From: Chloroflexota bacterium
GTDB taxonomy: Bacteria > Chloroflexota > UBA11872
Reading direction: 5' to 3'
Length of the DNA stretch: 64,000 bases
Assembly: GCA_011523785.1 (NCBI GenBank)
Contig: WTFW01000128.1
Span: 607-64,606 of the forward strand
Under the pieces are notes generated by a model, which was not told where the DNA came from, ran no database searches, and saw only the letters and a program-made list of their open reading frames with translations. Shown in pieces: positions 49,066-59,186 of this stretch (positions are counted from its first letter, which is position 1; each line of letters begins with the position of its first letter). Position numbers and translations under genes: made by a program.

Positions 49066-50577
49066 TCAGAGCGCGTACAGGTCCTCGAACTTTGCGGTCA
49101 GCCGTCGAAGCAACGGCTGGGCGTCCAGCGGCCCGCCGCAGACCCGCTCGATCAGCTGATCCGGCGTCAGCCGTCGGCCCACCCGGTACACGTGGGTCGA
49201 CATCCACTCGAGCAGTGATGACGTATCCCCGCTCGCGATCTGAGCCGGAATATCCGGCCGCTCACTCAGCGCCGCCTCATACAGCTGGGCGCCGATGATG
49301 TTGCCCAGGGTGTAGCACTGGAAGGCCCCGCCGATGCTGCCGGCGTACCAGTGCACGTCCTGCAGCACGCCGTCGCGGTCGTCCGGCGCTCGCACGCCCA
49401 GGTCCGACTGGTAGCGCGCGTGCCAGGCTTCGGGCAGGTCCGCCACCGCCAGTTCGCCCTCCAGCAGTTGCAGCTCCAGGTCGAACCGGATCATGACGTG
49501 CAGGTTGTAGGTCACCTCGTCCGCGTCGGTCCGGATCAGCGACGGTTCCACCCGGTTCACCGCCGCGTAGAAGTCCCGCAGGTCCACGTTCCGCAGTTGC
49601 TCTGGAAACTCCGCCTGAAGAGTCGGATACCAGTGCGACCAGAACCCCAGGCTGCGGCCGACGATGTTCTCCCAGAGCCTCGACTGGCTTTCGTGCACCC
49701 CCGCCGACGTCCCGCCACCCAGTGGCAACCCATCGTCCTCGGCCCGCGTGCCCTGCTCGTACAGCGCGTGTCCGGCTTCGTGGATGGTGCTGAAGAGCTG
49801 CTCGGCCAGAAAGTCTTCGTTTGTGCGAGTCGTGATCCGCGTGTCGCCGTGACCGAACCTCGTCATGAACGGATGCGCCGTCGGGTCCAACCGCCCGCGC
49901 TCGTAGTCGAAGCCGATCGACCGAATCACCTTCTCCGCGAAGCGCGACTGCTGCGCCTGCGGAAAGTGCTTGCGCACCGGCCCATCGTCCACCTGGTCGG
50001 CAGCCGCAATCCGCGCCACCAGGGGCGTCAGCCCCGCCCGCAGTTCGTCGAACACGGGCCGGATGCGGGCCACGGTCATGCCCTCGTCGGCCTCGTCGAT
50101 CAGCGGATCGGCGATGTGTTCGTAGCCGGGAAAGAACTCGGCGTACTCGCGGCTCAGATCCAGGGTGGTCTCCAGCATGGGACGCAGCGTGGCGAAGTCG
50201 TTTTTTGGCCGCGCCTCTACCCAGGCCGCGTAGGTGGCCGAGGCGTGCCTGGCCGCTCGCTCGCTGTACTCGGCGGGCACGCGCGTTACCCGCTCGTAGT
50301 CATGCCGCGCCACTCGAATCAACACGGCGTCGTCATGCTCCGGCGGCAGGGACTCCGCGTACATCCCCAACCTGTCCAGCAACCGCCCGATTTCCGGATC
50401 CGTCGCGCTCTCATGCGCCAGGCGGCTCAGCACCGCCAGTTGCCGCCCGCGCCCGGCCGCGCCACCGGTGGGCATGTAGGTGGACTGGTCCCAGTAGAGG
50501 ACCGCCGCCGAGGACGAGATATCACGCGCCTCGCGCAAACGGGCCTTCAGGTCCCCCAGGTCGGATTGAACGCACAT
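49066..50577 (-). CDS. M32-family carboxypeptidase (carboxypeptidase Taq-like)
   Basis: HEAGHALYEQG zinc-binding motif, 503 aa. Confidence 0.85.
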   Translation of the reverse strand: MCVQSDLGDLKARLREARDISSSAAVLYWDQSTYMPTGGAAGRGRQLAVLSRLAHESATDPEIGRLLDRLGMYAESLPPEHDDAVLIRVARHDYERVTRVPAEYSERAARHASATYAAWVEARPKNDFATLRPMLETTLDLSREYAEFFPGYEHIADPLIDEADEGMTVARIRPVFDELRAGLTPLVARIAAADQVDDGPVRKHFPQAQQSRFAEKVIRSIGFDYERGRLDPTAHPFMTRFGHGDTRITTRTNEDFLAEQLFSTIHEAGHALYEQGTRAEDDGLPLGGGTSAGVHESQSRLWENIVGRSLGFWSHWYPTLQAEFPEQLRNVDLRDFYAAVNRVEPSLIRTDADEVTYNLHVMIRFDLELQLLEGELAVADLPEAWHARYQSDLGVRAPDDRDGVLQDVHWYAGSIGGAFQCYTLGNIIGAQLYEAALSERPDIPAQIASGDTSSLLEWMSTHVYRVGRRLTPDQLIERVCGGPLDAQPLLRRLTAKFEDLYAL

Positions 50578-50605
50578 TGGATCGGTGTCTCCTGCTGGCG
50601 GCCGC

Positions 50606-51397
50606 TCAGGCCTTGAATTCTTGGACGACGTCCGGCCAGGGATCGGCCATCAACACGTCGCCGGGACGCTGGCCCGTCACCGCTATCGACACCACGCCCT
50701 CCGCCAGCGCGTGCATCTCGTCGCCCGGTGTCGGCTCACGGTCGAAGTAGCTGCCGAACTCAAAGCGCAAGTCCACGCCATGCTCGTCAGCCTTGCACTC
50801 CTCCAGCCTGAATTCGCGGAACATCGTATTCAGGCTCGGGGTGGTCAGCTGCACCGGCGTGTCCTTGCCAAAGTCCTCCGGCACGTTCACGTTCACCAGC
50901 ACGTTGGGCAGCGGATCGAACTCGGCGCGAATGGCCCCCAGCAGCCGCCGGGTCGCCACCGCAATGTCCCCAAACTGCCCGTGGGCGGCGAAGTACTCCG
51001 CCGAAACCGCCACGCCAAGCAAACCGCGCTCGACCGCCACCTGGGCCGCACCCGCGGTGCCTGACACCTTGTAGGGCTCTTCTCCGGGATTCCATCCGGG
51101 GTTTATGCCGGAGATCAGCGCGTCCACGTTCCCGCCAAAGGCGTGCACGGTGCCGACGGCAGCCAGCGAGGCCGGCGGCGCTTCCAGCGTGAACGCCGGA
51201 ATGTCCGGGTCGACACCCGGCGGCGGCGCGACGCGACTGAGCCGGGTCACTCGCTCCAGCAGGACGGACATCCCAGCTCCGCTGAAGTTGCGAGTCGGCG
51301 CGTACACCGCCACTTGTCCAAGCTTCGACAGCTCACGCGCCAGCGCCCAGATGCCCGGCACGTCGATACCGTCATCGTTGGCTATAACCAGGTTCAT
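50606..51397 (-). CDS. surE: 5'/3'-nucleotidase SurE
   Basis: MNLVIANDDGIDVPGI N-terminal signature. Confidence 0.85.
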   Translation of the reverse strand: MNLVIANDDGIDVPGIWALARELSKLGQVAVYAPTRNFSGAGMSVLLERVTRLSRVAPPPGVDPDIPAFTLEAPPASLAAVGTVHAFGGNVDALISGINPGWNPGEEPYKVSGTAGAAQVAVERGLLGVAVSAEYFAAHGQFGDIAVATRRLLGAIRAEFDPLPNVLVNVNVPEDFGKDTPVQLTTPSLNTMFREFRLEECKADEHGVDLRFEFGSYFDREPTPGDEMHALAEGVVSIAVTGQRPGDVLMADPWPDVVQEFKA

Positions 51398-51485
51398 TCA
51401 GGCGCCTCGTGCTGAACCCACCCGCTCGGACAACGTCACTCGACCTGTCCTCGCTGAGGTCCGGGCAGCAAGGGTGCGGAGCACC

Positions 51486-52280
51486 TCAATCGCGGACCCA
51501 CGTCCCGTCCAGCGCGTGCCCGCCGTCCACCGGCAGCACCACCCCGCTGATTGCCGACGCCGCCTCGGACGACAGGAAGAGAATCGCCTGCGCCACCTCG
51601 TCCGGCGTGACGAAGCGCCCCGGCGGCATCGCTGCCAGGCGATCCTCCACGTCGTCGAACTCACGGTAGATGCGCGGCACGTCCACGAACCCCGGCGCCA
51701 CCGCATTCACCCGGATGCCCCGATGCGCCAGTTCCAGCGCCATCGTGCGGGTCAGCCCCACCAGCCCGACCTTGCTGGACCCGTAGCCCACGCGACCCCT
51801 GGCGTGCCGGATGACCTGGTTGGTCACCACGTTGATGATGGACCCGCCCGGCCCGTCGCGCGCCAGCACGAAGCGCCGCGACAGCTCGAAGGGCGCCTCC
51901 AGGTTGACCTGCGACATCCAGCGCCAGCGCTCCAGGTCCATCTCCGGAAACGGGAAGTTCCCTTGCGCCGCCGCGTTGTTCACCAGGACGTCGGGAGCGC
52001 CGAGGTTCGCGACCACGTCGTCGAACAGGCGGCCAACGTCGTCCGGCTCGGCCAGGTCCGCCGTGGTTCCGTGGACCGCGCCCGAACCCAGTTCGTCCAG
52101 CGCCGCTACAGCCTCCGCGACATCCGCCTCGGTCCGGGCGCAAATGGCCACGCTGGCCCCGCACCGCGCAAAGGCCTCCGCCACCGCCAGCCCAATACCC
52201 TGCGTGCCGCCGGTGATGAGGACCGACGAATCGCTGAAGTCGTAACTCACGGGCGGCATCCGGGGCGTCCTATTGGTCAC
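51486..52280 (-). CDS. SDR-family oxidoreductase
   Basis: VLITGGTQGIGLAVA Rossmann motif and catalytic YGSSK. Confidence 0.8.
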   Translation of the reverse strand: MTNRTPRMPPVSYDFSDSSVLITGGTQGIGLAVAEAFARCGASVAICARTEADVAEAVAALDELGSGAVHGTTADLAEPDDVGRLFDDVVANLGAPDVLVNNAAAQGNFPFPEMDLERWRWMSQVNLEAPFELSRRFVLARDGPGGSIINVVTNQVIRHARGRVGYGSSKVGLVGLTRTMALELAHRGIRVNAVAPGFVDVPRIYREFDDVEDRLAAMPPGRFVTPDEVAQAILFLSSEAASAISGVVLPVDGGHALDGTWVRD

Positions 52281-52329
52281 GTGGGGTTCACCGCAATCCT
52301 AGCGGCGCGGTTATTGCTCCGATGATGAT

Positions 52330-54123
52330 TCAGCCACCACCGGCGCTCGCACTCCCCAGCCCCAGCTCGTGCGGCGCGCGCGATTCGACCACGGGCAGCA
52401 CAGCCTCCAGCAGCTCGTCCACCGTCATCGCCCCCAGGTCCTCCTCGGTCCGCAGCCGGACCGAGACCTTGCCGGCCTTGATGTCACGGTCGCCCGCGAT
52501 CAGCATGTATGGCGTCTTTTGCAGCTGCGCGTCGCGGATCTTCCGGTTCATCCGCTCTGCTCGCGAGTCCACCTGCACCCGCAGGCCGGCTTCCCGCAGG
52601 TGCTCGGCCACGCCTTCGCAGTACTCCGCGTGCCGATCCGCAATCGGGATCACGGCCACCTGCACCGGCGACAGCCAGACCGGGAACGCCCCCGCAAAGT
52701 GCTCGATCAGCACGGCCACGAATCGCTCCATGGCGCCGAAGATGGCGCGGTGCACCATCACCGGCCGCTGTCGCGTGCCGTCGGCATCCTCGTAAGTGAT
52801 GTCGAAGCGCTCCGGCAGGTTAAAGTCCACCTGCACTGTCGTCAGCTGCCAGCGGCGGCCGATGGCGTCGGCCACCTGGATGTCGATCTTGGGTCCGTAG
52901 AAGGCCGCCTCGCCCTCGACCCGCGTGTACGCCATCTCGTGCCGTTCCAGGGCCTCCACCAGCCCTTGCTCGGCCAGCTCCCACAGGTCGTCGTCGCCGG
53001 CGTACTTCTCGGAGCCGGAGGCGTCGCGCACGCTCAGTTCCACGATGTACTCGCTGAAGCCGAACGTCTCGTAGATGAACCTGGCCAGGTCCAGCGCGCC
53101 GGCCACCTCGTCGGTGAACTGGTCGCGCCGGCAGAAGATGTGGGCGTCGTCCTGGGTGAGCCCGCGGACCCGCAGGGCGCCGTGCAGCGTGCCGGACCGC
53201 TCGAAGCGGTAGACCGTGCCGAGTTCGCCGTAGCGCAGCGGCAGGTCGCGGTAGCTGCGCGTCTGCGAGTCGAAGATCTTGACGTGGAACGGGCAGTTCA
53301 TCGGCTTGTTGATGAAGGTCTGGTGCTCCAGCTCCATCTCGGGGAACAGCCCCTCGGAGAACCACTGCGTGTGCCCGCTGGTCTCCCACAGCTCGCGCCG
53401 CCCGATGTGCGGCGAATAGACCATGTCGTAGCCGCGCCGCCGGTGTTCCTCGCGCCAGAACGTCTCCAGCAGCTCGCGCACCAGTGAACCCTTGGCATGC
53501 CACAACACCAGCCCGGCGCCGATCTCCGGATTGATCGAGAACAGGTCCAGGTCGCGCGCCAGCGTGCGGTGGTCGCGGCGCTTGGCCTCTTCCAGCCGCG
53601 CCAGGTGGGCGTCCAACTCCGCCTTCGTCTCGAACGCCGTGCCGTACACCCGCTGCAACTGCGCCCGGTTCTCGTCGCCGCGCCAGTAGGCGCCGGCGAT
53701 CGACAGCAGCCTGAACGCCCCGATCTCGCCCGTACTTTCCACGTGCGGACCCCGGCACAGGTCCACAAACGGCCCGGACGTGTAGTAGCTGATCGTCTCG
53801 TCGTCCGGCAGGTCGTTGATCAGCTCGACCTTGAACGGCTGGTTCGTCTCCTCGAAATACGCCAGTGCCGCCTCGCGGTCGTGCTCGGAGTACTCGAACG
53901 GATAGTTGGCCTTCTTGTGCTTCAGCATCAGCTTCTGCAGGGCCTTGAGGTCGTCGGGCGTCAGCGCGCGCGGCAGGTCGAAGTCGTAGTAGAAGCCGTC
54001 GTCGGTCGGCGGCCCGATCCCCATCTGGGCATCCGGAAACAGGTCCAGCATCGCCGTGGCCAGCACGTGCGCGGCCGAGTGCCGCACCCGATACAGGCGC
54101 TCGTACGTCTGATCAACATTCAT
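52330..54123 (-). CDS. thrS: Threonyl-tRNA synthetase (lacks the N-terminal TGS domain)
   Basis: Begins in the editing (second additional) domain (HSAAHVL), followed by a class II catalytic core and an anticodon-binding domain. 597 aa. Confidence 0.9.
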   Translation of the reverse strand: MNVDQTYERLYRVRHSAAHVLATAMLDLFPDAQMGIGPPTDDGFYYDFDLPRALTPDDLKALQKLMLKHKKANYPFEYSEHDREAALAYFEETNQPFKVELINDLPDDETISYYTSGPFVDLCRGPHVESTGEIGAFRLLSIAGAYWRGDENRAQLQRVYGTAFETKAELDAHLARLEEAKRRDHRTLARDLDLFSINPEIGAGLVLWHAKGSLVRELLETFWREEHRRRGYDMVYSPHIGRRELWETSGHTQWFSEGLFPEMELEHQTFINKPMNCPFHVKIFDSQTRSYRDLPLRYGELGTVYRFERSGTLHGALRVRGLTQDDAHIFCRRDQFTDEVAGALDLARFIYETFGFSEYIVELSVRDASGSEKYAGDDDLWELAEQGLVEALERHEMAYTRVEGEAAFYGPKIDIQVADAIGRRWQLTTVQVDFNLPERFDITYEDADGTRQRPVMVHRAIFGAMERFVAVLIEHFAGAFPVWLSPVQVAVIPIADRHAEYCEGVAEHLREAGLRVQVDSRAERMNRKIRDAQLQKTPYMLIAGDRDIKAGKVSVRLRTEEDLGAMTVDELLEAVLPVVESRAPHELGLGSASAGGG

Positions 54124-54293
54124 GGAAGACGCTCCACACGGAACAAGGAAACGAGGTGTTCATTCGAGGAAACCCGCGACAGAGGCGCGGGCACGGCCCC
54201 CGCCGGCGCGCGGCAGGGGCTAGATAGTGGCGGTGCGTGTGGCGCGAGGCGTCTCGCAGCTTGGGTATTGCATGGTCGCTGGAGAAAAACCTA

Positions 54294-55598
54294 TCACAGC
54301 CCCGGACCCATCCACTCGAACTCCAATTCCCCCACCACCACCGTGTCACCGGGCAGGGTCCCGGCCCGCTCCAGGCGCTCCGTCACGCCGCGACGGTCGA
54401 GTTGTCGCTGGAAAAAGTCGGCCGCATCCGGCGTCTCGAAGTTCAGCTTGCGCGCCAGGCCTTCCAGCCGCGCGTCCCGCACCACGTACGCGCCGTCCGA
54501 CCGGCGAAACAGCTGCGCCGGCTCGTCCACCGGCGCCGGTCGCAGTGTGACCGTGTCCTCCGGCTCCGGCCGCGGCGCCGGCGGCGCGGCCGCCAGCATT
54601 CCCACGGTCCGACCCACCAGGTCGCGCAGCCCCACCCCGCTGGCCGCCGACACCGCCACCGCCTCGTAACCCTCCGCCAGCACCAGCGCCTCGAAGTCCG
54701 GCCACAACTCGCGTGCTTCCAGCAGATCCATCTTGTTGAACGCCACAATCCGCGGACGCTCCAGCAAGTCCTCGCTAAAGGCGCCCAACTCCGCGTCGAT
54801 CGCCTGGAACGCCTCGAACGGATCGCCTTCCAGCCCCGACCCATCCACCACGTGCACCAACACTCGCGCCCGCCGCACGTGACGCAGAAACGCCATGCCC
54901 AGCCCCGCCCCCTGGCTGGCCCCTTCGATCAGTCCCGGCAAATCGGCAAACACCACGCCCGAGTCGCCGGCCTGAACCACCCCCAGCACCGGCTCCAGCG
55001 TCGTGAACGGATACGGCGCAACCTTCGGCCGCGCCGCGCTCAGCCGTGCCAGCAACGACGACTTCCCCGCGTTCGGCGCCCCAACCAGCCCAATGTCCGC
55101 CAGCAGCTCCAGCTCCAGGCGCACCTGTCGCTCTTGGCCGCTGCCGCCGCGCGTGGCCAGCTCGGGCGTCTGGAAGCGCGCCGACTTGAAGTGCACGTTG
55201 CCCAGCCCGCCGCGGCCGCCTTCGGCAACCACCACGGTCTGGCTTTCCTCCACCAGGTCCGCCAGCACTGCGCCGGTCTGATCGTCATACGCCACGGTCC
55301 CGCAGGGCACGGCCACGGTCACGCTCTCGCCGTTGGCCCCGTGCCGCTTTTTACCTTCGCCCTTGCCGCCGTTGGCCGCAATGAAGCGACGCTTGTACCG
55401 AAACGCCGTCAGCGCGTGCAGGTTGGCCCGCGCCCGCAATACCACGTCGCCGCCGCGTCCGCCGTCGCCACCGTCGGGCCCACCCCGCGGCACATACTTC
55501 TCCCGCCGAAAATGCGACACCCCGTCCCCGCCGGACCCGGCGCGGACGTAGATGCTCGCCTCATCGAAAAAGCCACGGTCGGCGGTGCTGCTTGGCAT
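54294..55598 (-). CDS. obg: GTPase Obg
   Basis: Obg fold (FFDEASIYVRAGSGGDG), G domain (GLVGAPNAGKSSLL) and C-terminal domain. Start set at the internal ATG with an AGGAG ribosome-binding site. Confidence 0.9.
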   Translation of the reverse strand: MPSSTADRGFFDEASIYVRAGSGGDGVSHFRREKYVPRGGPDGGDGGRGGDVVLRARANLHALTAFRYKRRFIAANGGKGEGKKRHGANGESVTVAVPCGTVAYDDQTGAVLADLVEESQTVVVAEGGRGGLGNVHFKSARFQTPELATRGGSGQERQVRLELELLADIGLVGAPNAGKSSLLARLSAARPKVAPYPFTTLEPVLGVVQAGDSGVVFADLPGLIEGASQGAGLGMAFLRHVRRARVLVHVVDGSGLEGDPFEAFQAIDAELGAFSEDLLERPRIVAFNKMDLLEARELWPDFEALVLAEGYEAVAVSAASGVGLRDLVGRTVGMLAAAPPAPRPEPEDTVTLRPAPVDEPAQLFRRSDGAYVVRDARLEGLARKLNFETPDAADFFQRQLDRRGVTERLERAGTLPGDTVVVGELEFEWMGPGL

Positions 55599-56091
55599 GC
55601 TTCTCCTATTCGACAAACGGCTGACGTCGAGCCCAGCCGGCGCCTCGTGAAGTCGAGTGGGACACAGGAGAACCGACCTCGCTCGACGAGGATTGCCCAC
55701 GCAAGACGCACGCGGCTACGATGACCATAGGTTAACTGGGCGGGGACTGAGGGGTCCTTTTCGTGGTTCTGAAAGACGTACGCAACCAGGTAGACGCAGG
55801 TTCGAGAGATCGGGTTCAGTTGTACGAGAGTTGCTCAGCTCACGCTAAGTGCGAGCAGGGGTCAGGTTCGTATGCCAGTCGTGAGAATCAGGTCGACCCG
55901 CAAGCGGAGCGCGTCGAGTTTCAGCCGTATCTGGCCAGGCCAGGGCTCAAGGATGGTCCGCCCGTAGTCCTTGTGGAACAGCTTTCGAGAGGGATCGGTT
56001 CGCATGTCGACTAGTGCCGGTCTATAACGCCTTCTAGGCGCCCTAGCTACACTCGGCCCGCGGTTCGTCTGCCCAGGATTCGAACGACGAC

Positions 56092-56793
56092 ATGCGCGTG
56101 ATCGCCATTTCAGCCCGCCCCGGCGACGCCGAGTTCGCCGTCGGAGGCACCCTGGCGCGCCATCGCAAGCGCGGTGACGACGTCACCATCGTCACCGTTG
56201 CCAACGGCAACTCCGCCCTGGACGACGTTCCGCCCCGAGAGCTGGCCGCCCGCCGCCGCGCCGAGGCCGAGACCGCCGCGGAGCGCCTCGGCGTTGACCT
56301 CGTCTGGATGGACCACTCCGACTTCGCCGTGCAGGCCGACGCTGTCACCCGCGTCAAGCTCGTCGAGACCCTCCGCGCCCGCAAACCCGACCTCCTGCTG
56401 GCTCCCGCCTCCCTCGGCAACGTCCTCGACGCCGCGGGCGCCTGGGACCTCGCCCGCGCCGCCATCGAAATGGCTGCCGCGCCCAACGTCCTCTGTGAAG
56501 GCGATCCCTTGACCCAGCCCCCCGCTCTCCTCGCCTACGAACGCACCTGGACCGCTGGATTCACTCCGACCGAGTTCGTCGACATCACCGACACGCTCGA
56601 AGCCAAGCACCACGCCCTCGACGCCCACGCCTCGCTGGCCGCCTCCCTGCGCGAGTCGCGCAGCGTGGAACTCGGCGAAGCCGCCGAAACCGTTGCTGCC
56701 TACCGCGGCCTGCAGGCCGGCGTCGCCTTCGCCGAAGCCTTCCGGGGCGACCCGCGCCTCGGTCCCTTGCCAACCCGCCGGCTGCTGCCATAA
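56092..56793 (+). CDS. PIG-L/LmbE-family deacetylase with a non-canonical metal-binding motif
   Basis: PIG-L fold (VIAIS..GD.E..VGGTLA...VTIVTVANG), but the canonical AHPDDE reads ARPGDAE. Confidence 0.65.
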   Translation: MRVIAISARPGDAEFAVGGTLARHRKRGDDVTIVTVANGNSALDDVPPRELAARRRAEAETAAERLGVDLVWMDHSDFAVQADAVTRVKLVETLRARKPDLLLAPASLGNVLDAAGAWDLARAAIEMAAAPNVLCEGDPLTQPPALLAYERTWTAGFTPTEFVDITDTLEAKHHALDAHASLAASLRESRSVELGEAAETVAAYRGLQAGVAFAEAFRGDPRLGPLPTRRLLP

Positions 56794-56831
56794 CCCCCGG
56801 CCCCGCATCGGCGCCCGACGCGCCGGCCAAT

Positions 56832-58748
56832 TTGCGGGCGCTCTTCGGACCACGCGGTCCGCTCGCCGAACACCTGTCCGGCTACGAGCCCCGTACTTGC
56901 CAGGTGCAAATGGCCGAGTTCGTCGATGGTGTCGTGGATGAGGGCGGGCGTGGCGTCGTGGAAGCTGACACCGGCACCGGAAAGACCCTCGCCTACCTCG
57001 TTCCAGTTTTGCGCGCCCGGCACCGCGCCATCGTCAGCACCTCCACCAAGGCCCTCCAGGACCAGCTTTGGACCCACGACCTCCCGCTCGCCGCCCGCGT
57101 CGCCGGCGTCGCCCCCAAGACCGCCCTCCTCAAGGGCCGCGCCAATTACCTCTGCCTGCTCTCCCTCGACGAACAAGCCCAGGCTCCGGACCTCCTGGTC
57201 AGCGAACGCCTCGCCAATGTCCAGACCTGGGCCTCCACCACCGCCACCGGCGACATGGCCGAGCTTGGCGCCGACGCAACCCCTGACGTCCTGTCCAACC
57301 TCACCCGCGGCGTCGATACCTGCGAGGGCAACCTCTGCCCTTTCCACGGCGACTGCTGGGCCGAAAAGGCCCGGGCGCGCGCCGGGCAGGCCGACGTCGT
57401 TGTCACCAACCACCACCTCGTCTTTGCCGACGCCAAGCTCCGGGGCGCCGGGGGCGAGGCTGCCGGCATGCCCCTGCCGCCCGACGGCGTCCTGATCCTG
57501 GACGAGGCCCACACCCTCGACGACGCCGCCACCTCCGCATTCTCCGCCCATCTGGATGACAGCCGCGCCGCCCGAATCATGAACGCGCCGCGGGTCCGCG
57601 AGTCCCTTGGGCCCGACCACACCCGCGCCATGTCGGCCGTGGTCGCGGCGAGCGGGCGCGCCTTCGCCGCCCTCAACCGCAGGGTCGGCCTCAACCGCAC
57701 CACCATCACCGACGAGATCGGTCCGGGGCTCACCCTCGCCGAATCGGCGCACTCCCTGCTCGAAGCCTGCGAAGCGATCGAGGACCAGGACACCCGCGCC
57801 TGGGTTTCCCGCCGCATCCACGAACTCGCCGCCGACGCCGATCGCGTCTTCCGCCTGGACGATCCCGCTTGGGTCCACTTCGCTGAGCGCGGCCGCGACG
57901 GCTCGCTCACCGCCCATGCCGCCCCCCTCGAGGTCGACCGCCTCATCCACGGCGCCACCCGTCACCGCCCCGCGGTCATCGCTTCGTCGGCCACACTTAC
58001 CGTCGACCGCTCCTTCGCCTACCTCATCTCCCGCCTTGGCTTCGGCGGCGCGGCCGAACTCATCACCCATCCCGCCTTCGACTACCGCCGCCAGGCCCTC
58101 ATCTACGCCCCCGCCGACCTCCAGCCGCCCCCCACCGCCGGTCACGACGACGAGCCCTACCTCGCGGGCCTTGTCCATCGACTCGTCGACCTGGTAAACG
58201 CCTCCGGTGGCGGCGCCTTCCTCCTCTTCACCAGCCGCCGCGCCATGAACGACGCCTGGCGCCGCACCCGCAACGCCTTCCCCTACCCGCGCTTCCGCCA
58301 GGGCGACGCTGCCCCAGCCGACCTCCTGCAACGCTTCCGCGAAGCCAACAACGGCGTCCTTTTCGGCCTCCGCTCCTTCTGGGAAGGCGTCGATGTCCGC
58401 GGCGACGCCCTCCGCCTCGTCGTCATCGCCCGCCTCCCGTTCGCCGTCCCCGACGACCCCGTCGTCGCCGCCCGCACCGAGCACCTGCGCAGCCAGGGCG
58501 CCAACTGGTTCGGTGAGCTCGCGCTACCCCGCGCCGCTCTGCTGCTCAAGCAAGGCTTTGGCCGCCTCATCCGCTCCACCAGCGACCGCGGCGTCGTCGC
58601 CGTCCTTGACAGCCGCCTCCGCCGCCGCCGCTACGGCTCCATCATCCTCCGCTCCCTACCCCCGGCCCCCGTCACCCACCGCCTCGACCACGTCCAGCAC
58701 TTCTTCCGATCCAGGAACACGCACAGCGGGGCGCACCGCGACCGCTAA
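56832..58748 (+). CDS. DinG/XPD-family (DEAD_2) ATP-dependent DNA helicase
   Basis: Walker A ADTGTGKTLAYLVP and DEAH box ILDEAHTLDD. A cysteine cluster (YLCLL...TCEGNLCPFHGDC) is consistent with an Fe-S domain. Confidence 0.8.
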   Translation: MRALFGPRGPLAEHLSGYEPRTCQVQMAEFVDGVVDEGGRGVVEADTGTGKTLAYLVPVLRARHRAIVSTSTKALQDQLWTHDLPLAARVAGVAPKTALLKGRANYLCLLSLDEQAQAPDLLVSERLANVQTWASTTATGDMAELGADATPDVLSNLTRGVDTCEGNLCPFHGDCWAEKARARAGQADVVVTNHHLVFADAKLRGAGGEAAGMPLPPDGVLILDEAHTLDDAATSAFSAHLDDSRAARIMNAPRVRESLGPDHTRAMSAVVAASGRAFAALNRRVGLNRTTITDEIGPGLTLAESAHSLLEACEAIEDQDTRAWVSRRIHELAADADRVFRLDDPAWVHFAERGRDGSLTAHAAPLEVDRLIHGATRHRPAVIASSATLTVDRSFAYLISRLGFGGAAELITHPAFDYRRQALIYAPADLQPPPTAGHDDEPYLAGLVHRLVDLVNASGGGAFLLFTSRRAMNDAWRRTRNAFPYPRFRQGDAAPADLLQRFREANNGVLFGLRSFWEGVDVRGDALRLVVIARLPFAVPDDPVVAARTEHLRSQGANWFGELALPRAALLLKQGFGRLIRSTSDRGVVAVLDSRLRRRRYGSIILRSLPPAPVTHRLDHVQHFFRSRNTHSGAHRDR

Positions 58749-58786
58749 ACTTCTCGTATCCGCCCAACGCACGACAGCTTGACGGG

Positions 58787-59026
58787 ATGAGCCCGGAACT
58801 GATCGGAATCTTGAGCGTGGGCGCGGCGATGCTCATCGGCTTGGGCGGAGTCGTCAGCGTGGACATTGCCCTCTACCGTGGCCTACGGTCCGAATTGGCT
58901 GCCATGCGCATTGAGTTGAAGGCGAAGATCGCCGCCTGGCGCATTGAATTAAGGGCGGAGGTCGCTGCCACCGGAAAGGATACGAACGCCCACGAGAACC
59001 GCGTAGCGGGGCTAGATCAGGAATAG
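58787..59026 (+). CDS. Hypothetical small membrane/coiled-coil protein
   Basis: One N-terminal TM helix, then a repeated AAMRIELKAKIAAWRIELRAEVAA segment. Locally lower GC; weak support. Confidence 0.35.
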   Translation: MSPELIGILSVGAAMLIGLGGVVSVDIALYRGLRSELAAMRIELKAKIAAWRIELRAEVAATGKDTNAHENRVAGLDQE

Positions 59027-59186
59027 GTCCAACTCACGAGCGCGGTGGAAGGTTTCTTTGTCGGCATGGGCAGAGCACAACCAAGCCGCGAGAGCGAGTC
59101 CGCCGCCTAACCGACCTGAAGCCCGGGACACCACGTCCCGCCGCGCGAGATGCGTTTCCGGCGGTTCTACCTACTTGCGGTGCCCG

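Noticed and set aside
54124-54293. Possible T-box or leader upstream of thrS.
   Set aside because: No GGGTGGNACCGCG-like motif or terminator/antiterminator pair on the minus strand.
55740-56090. tRNA/tmRNA-like GGATTCGAAC and GGTTCGA motifs in the obg upstream region, and a CTCGAACC element near 26235.
   Set aside because: I could not build a T-arm/acceptor stem or a tmRNA 5'-GGGG...3'-CCA framework around any of them. They are kept only as repeat motifs in a finding.
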